This document shows positions 39,209 to 39,327 of a stretch of 39,327 nt of DNA, in pieces (the stretch's first letter is position 1; each line of letters opens with the position of its first letter). The notes under the pieces were generated by a model that worked only from the letters and a program-made list of their open reading frames with translations, was not told the origin of the DNA and did not search any database. Made by a program: the position numbers and the translations under genes. The stretch covers positions 1 to 39,327 of IMG/VR virus record IMGVR_UViG_3300045988_101759. One strand, written 5' to 3'. The DNA comes from a virus.

Positions 39209-39327
39209 ATATAGTTTATATCAAGGAAAGGAGGTGAACATGACACCATCGGAGATAATCACCAGCATCTCGCTTCTCGTCGCGAGCATCGCGGCCCTCA
39301 TCAAAGCAGTGACCGGACTCATCAAGG
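39209..39327. repeat. Terminal direct repeat, copy 2 (identical to 1-119)
   Basis: Exact identity checked manually. It carries the truncated 5' part of the 39-aa gene. Confidence 0.95.

Noticed and set aside
39184-39215. A sigma-70-like promoter for the mini-gene/xis/int operon: TTGCAT at 39184-39189, a 17-nt spacer, then TGATAT at 39207-39212.
   Set aside because: The -10 hexamer is poor, and the alternative TATAGT lies 20 nt from the -35. Without TSS data this is too weak to list as a feature.
1-39327. The terminal 119-bp repeats as attL/attR of an integrated prophage, or as biological direct terminal repeats.
   Set aside because: No host sequence lies outside the repeats, and the repeat truncates a gene at the right end. 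The integrase and candidate attP are internal at about 560-1870. A circular-assembly overlap is the simplest explanation.
1-39327. CRISPR arrays, rRNA genes, transposases or IS elements, reverse transcriptase (DGR or retron), and toxin-antitoxin pairs of known families.
   Set aside because: I scanned the translations and repeats by eye and found no spaced direct-repeat array, no RT (YxDD) motif, no DDE or serine-recombinase motifs, and no rRNA-like segments. The only regularly spaced repeats are the operators, the arm sites and the protein-coding repeats already listed.

Overview
The window is one complete, circularly closed genome of a temperate siphovirus-type phage or excised prophage. The first 119 nt are identical to the last 119 nt and the repeat cuts through a small gene, so the unit length is 39,208 bp. 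The high GC content, GC3-rich codons and GGAGG-type ribosome-binding sites point to an Actinomycetota host; a Bifidobacterium-like host is my inference from composition only. No host genes, rRNA or CRISPR array are present.

Layout:
- Plus strand, 32-1689: two mini membrane genes, an Xis-like HTH gene and a tyrosine integrase. A candidate attP follows, made of a tRNA 3'-end-like core, a terminator and 11-bp arm repeats.
- Minus strand, about 35150 down to 25243: early operon. It holds a Cro-like XRE gene, a Bro/KilAC antirepressor, HTH genes, a tRNA-like element, SSB, a replication protein, a ParB-like protein, HNH, a DEDDh exonuclease, many small ORFs and a Zn-ribbon/HTH regulator.
- Minus strand, 25015 down to 1957: late operon. 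It holds HNH, a cos-like gap, TerS, TerL in two pieces, portal, MuF, scaffold, capsid, connectors, major tail protein, the G/GT chaperones with a CCCAAAA -1 slip site, tape measure, Dit, a Gp37-like protein, fibre/RBP genes, three small cassette genes, an insulated moron, a secreted GH25-LysM endolysin and a holin.
- Plus strand, 35311-38009: lysogeny/accessory operon. It holds an XRE repressor, a membrane-anchored HIRAN protein, a DinD-like protein and an ImmA-like protease. It converges on a second ImmA-like operon on the minus strand.

Most unusual observations:
1. Three consecutive, otherwise unrelated plus-strand proteins end in the same C-terminal heptapeptide, ESE(T/M)PDD. This tail is encoded by a 26-nt repeat that sits just upstream of an ImmA-like protease gene.
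2. The terminase large subunit is split at the ATPase/nuclease linker by a 1.1-kb lower-GC two-gene cassette.
3. A 92-nt tRNA-like element with perfect acceptor and T arms but an ambiguous anticodon region lies inside the early operon.
4. A 44-bp perfect palindrome with a third half-site copy sits directly in front of the dinD-like gene.
5. Repeated cassette junctions and a G10 tract occur in the genes downstream of the receptor-binding region.

All domain calls were made by eye from the translations, with no database search.
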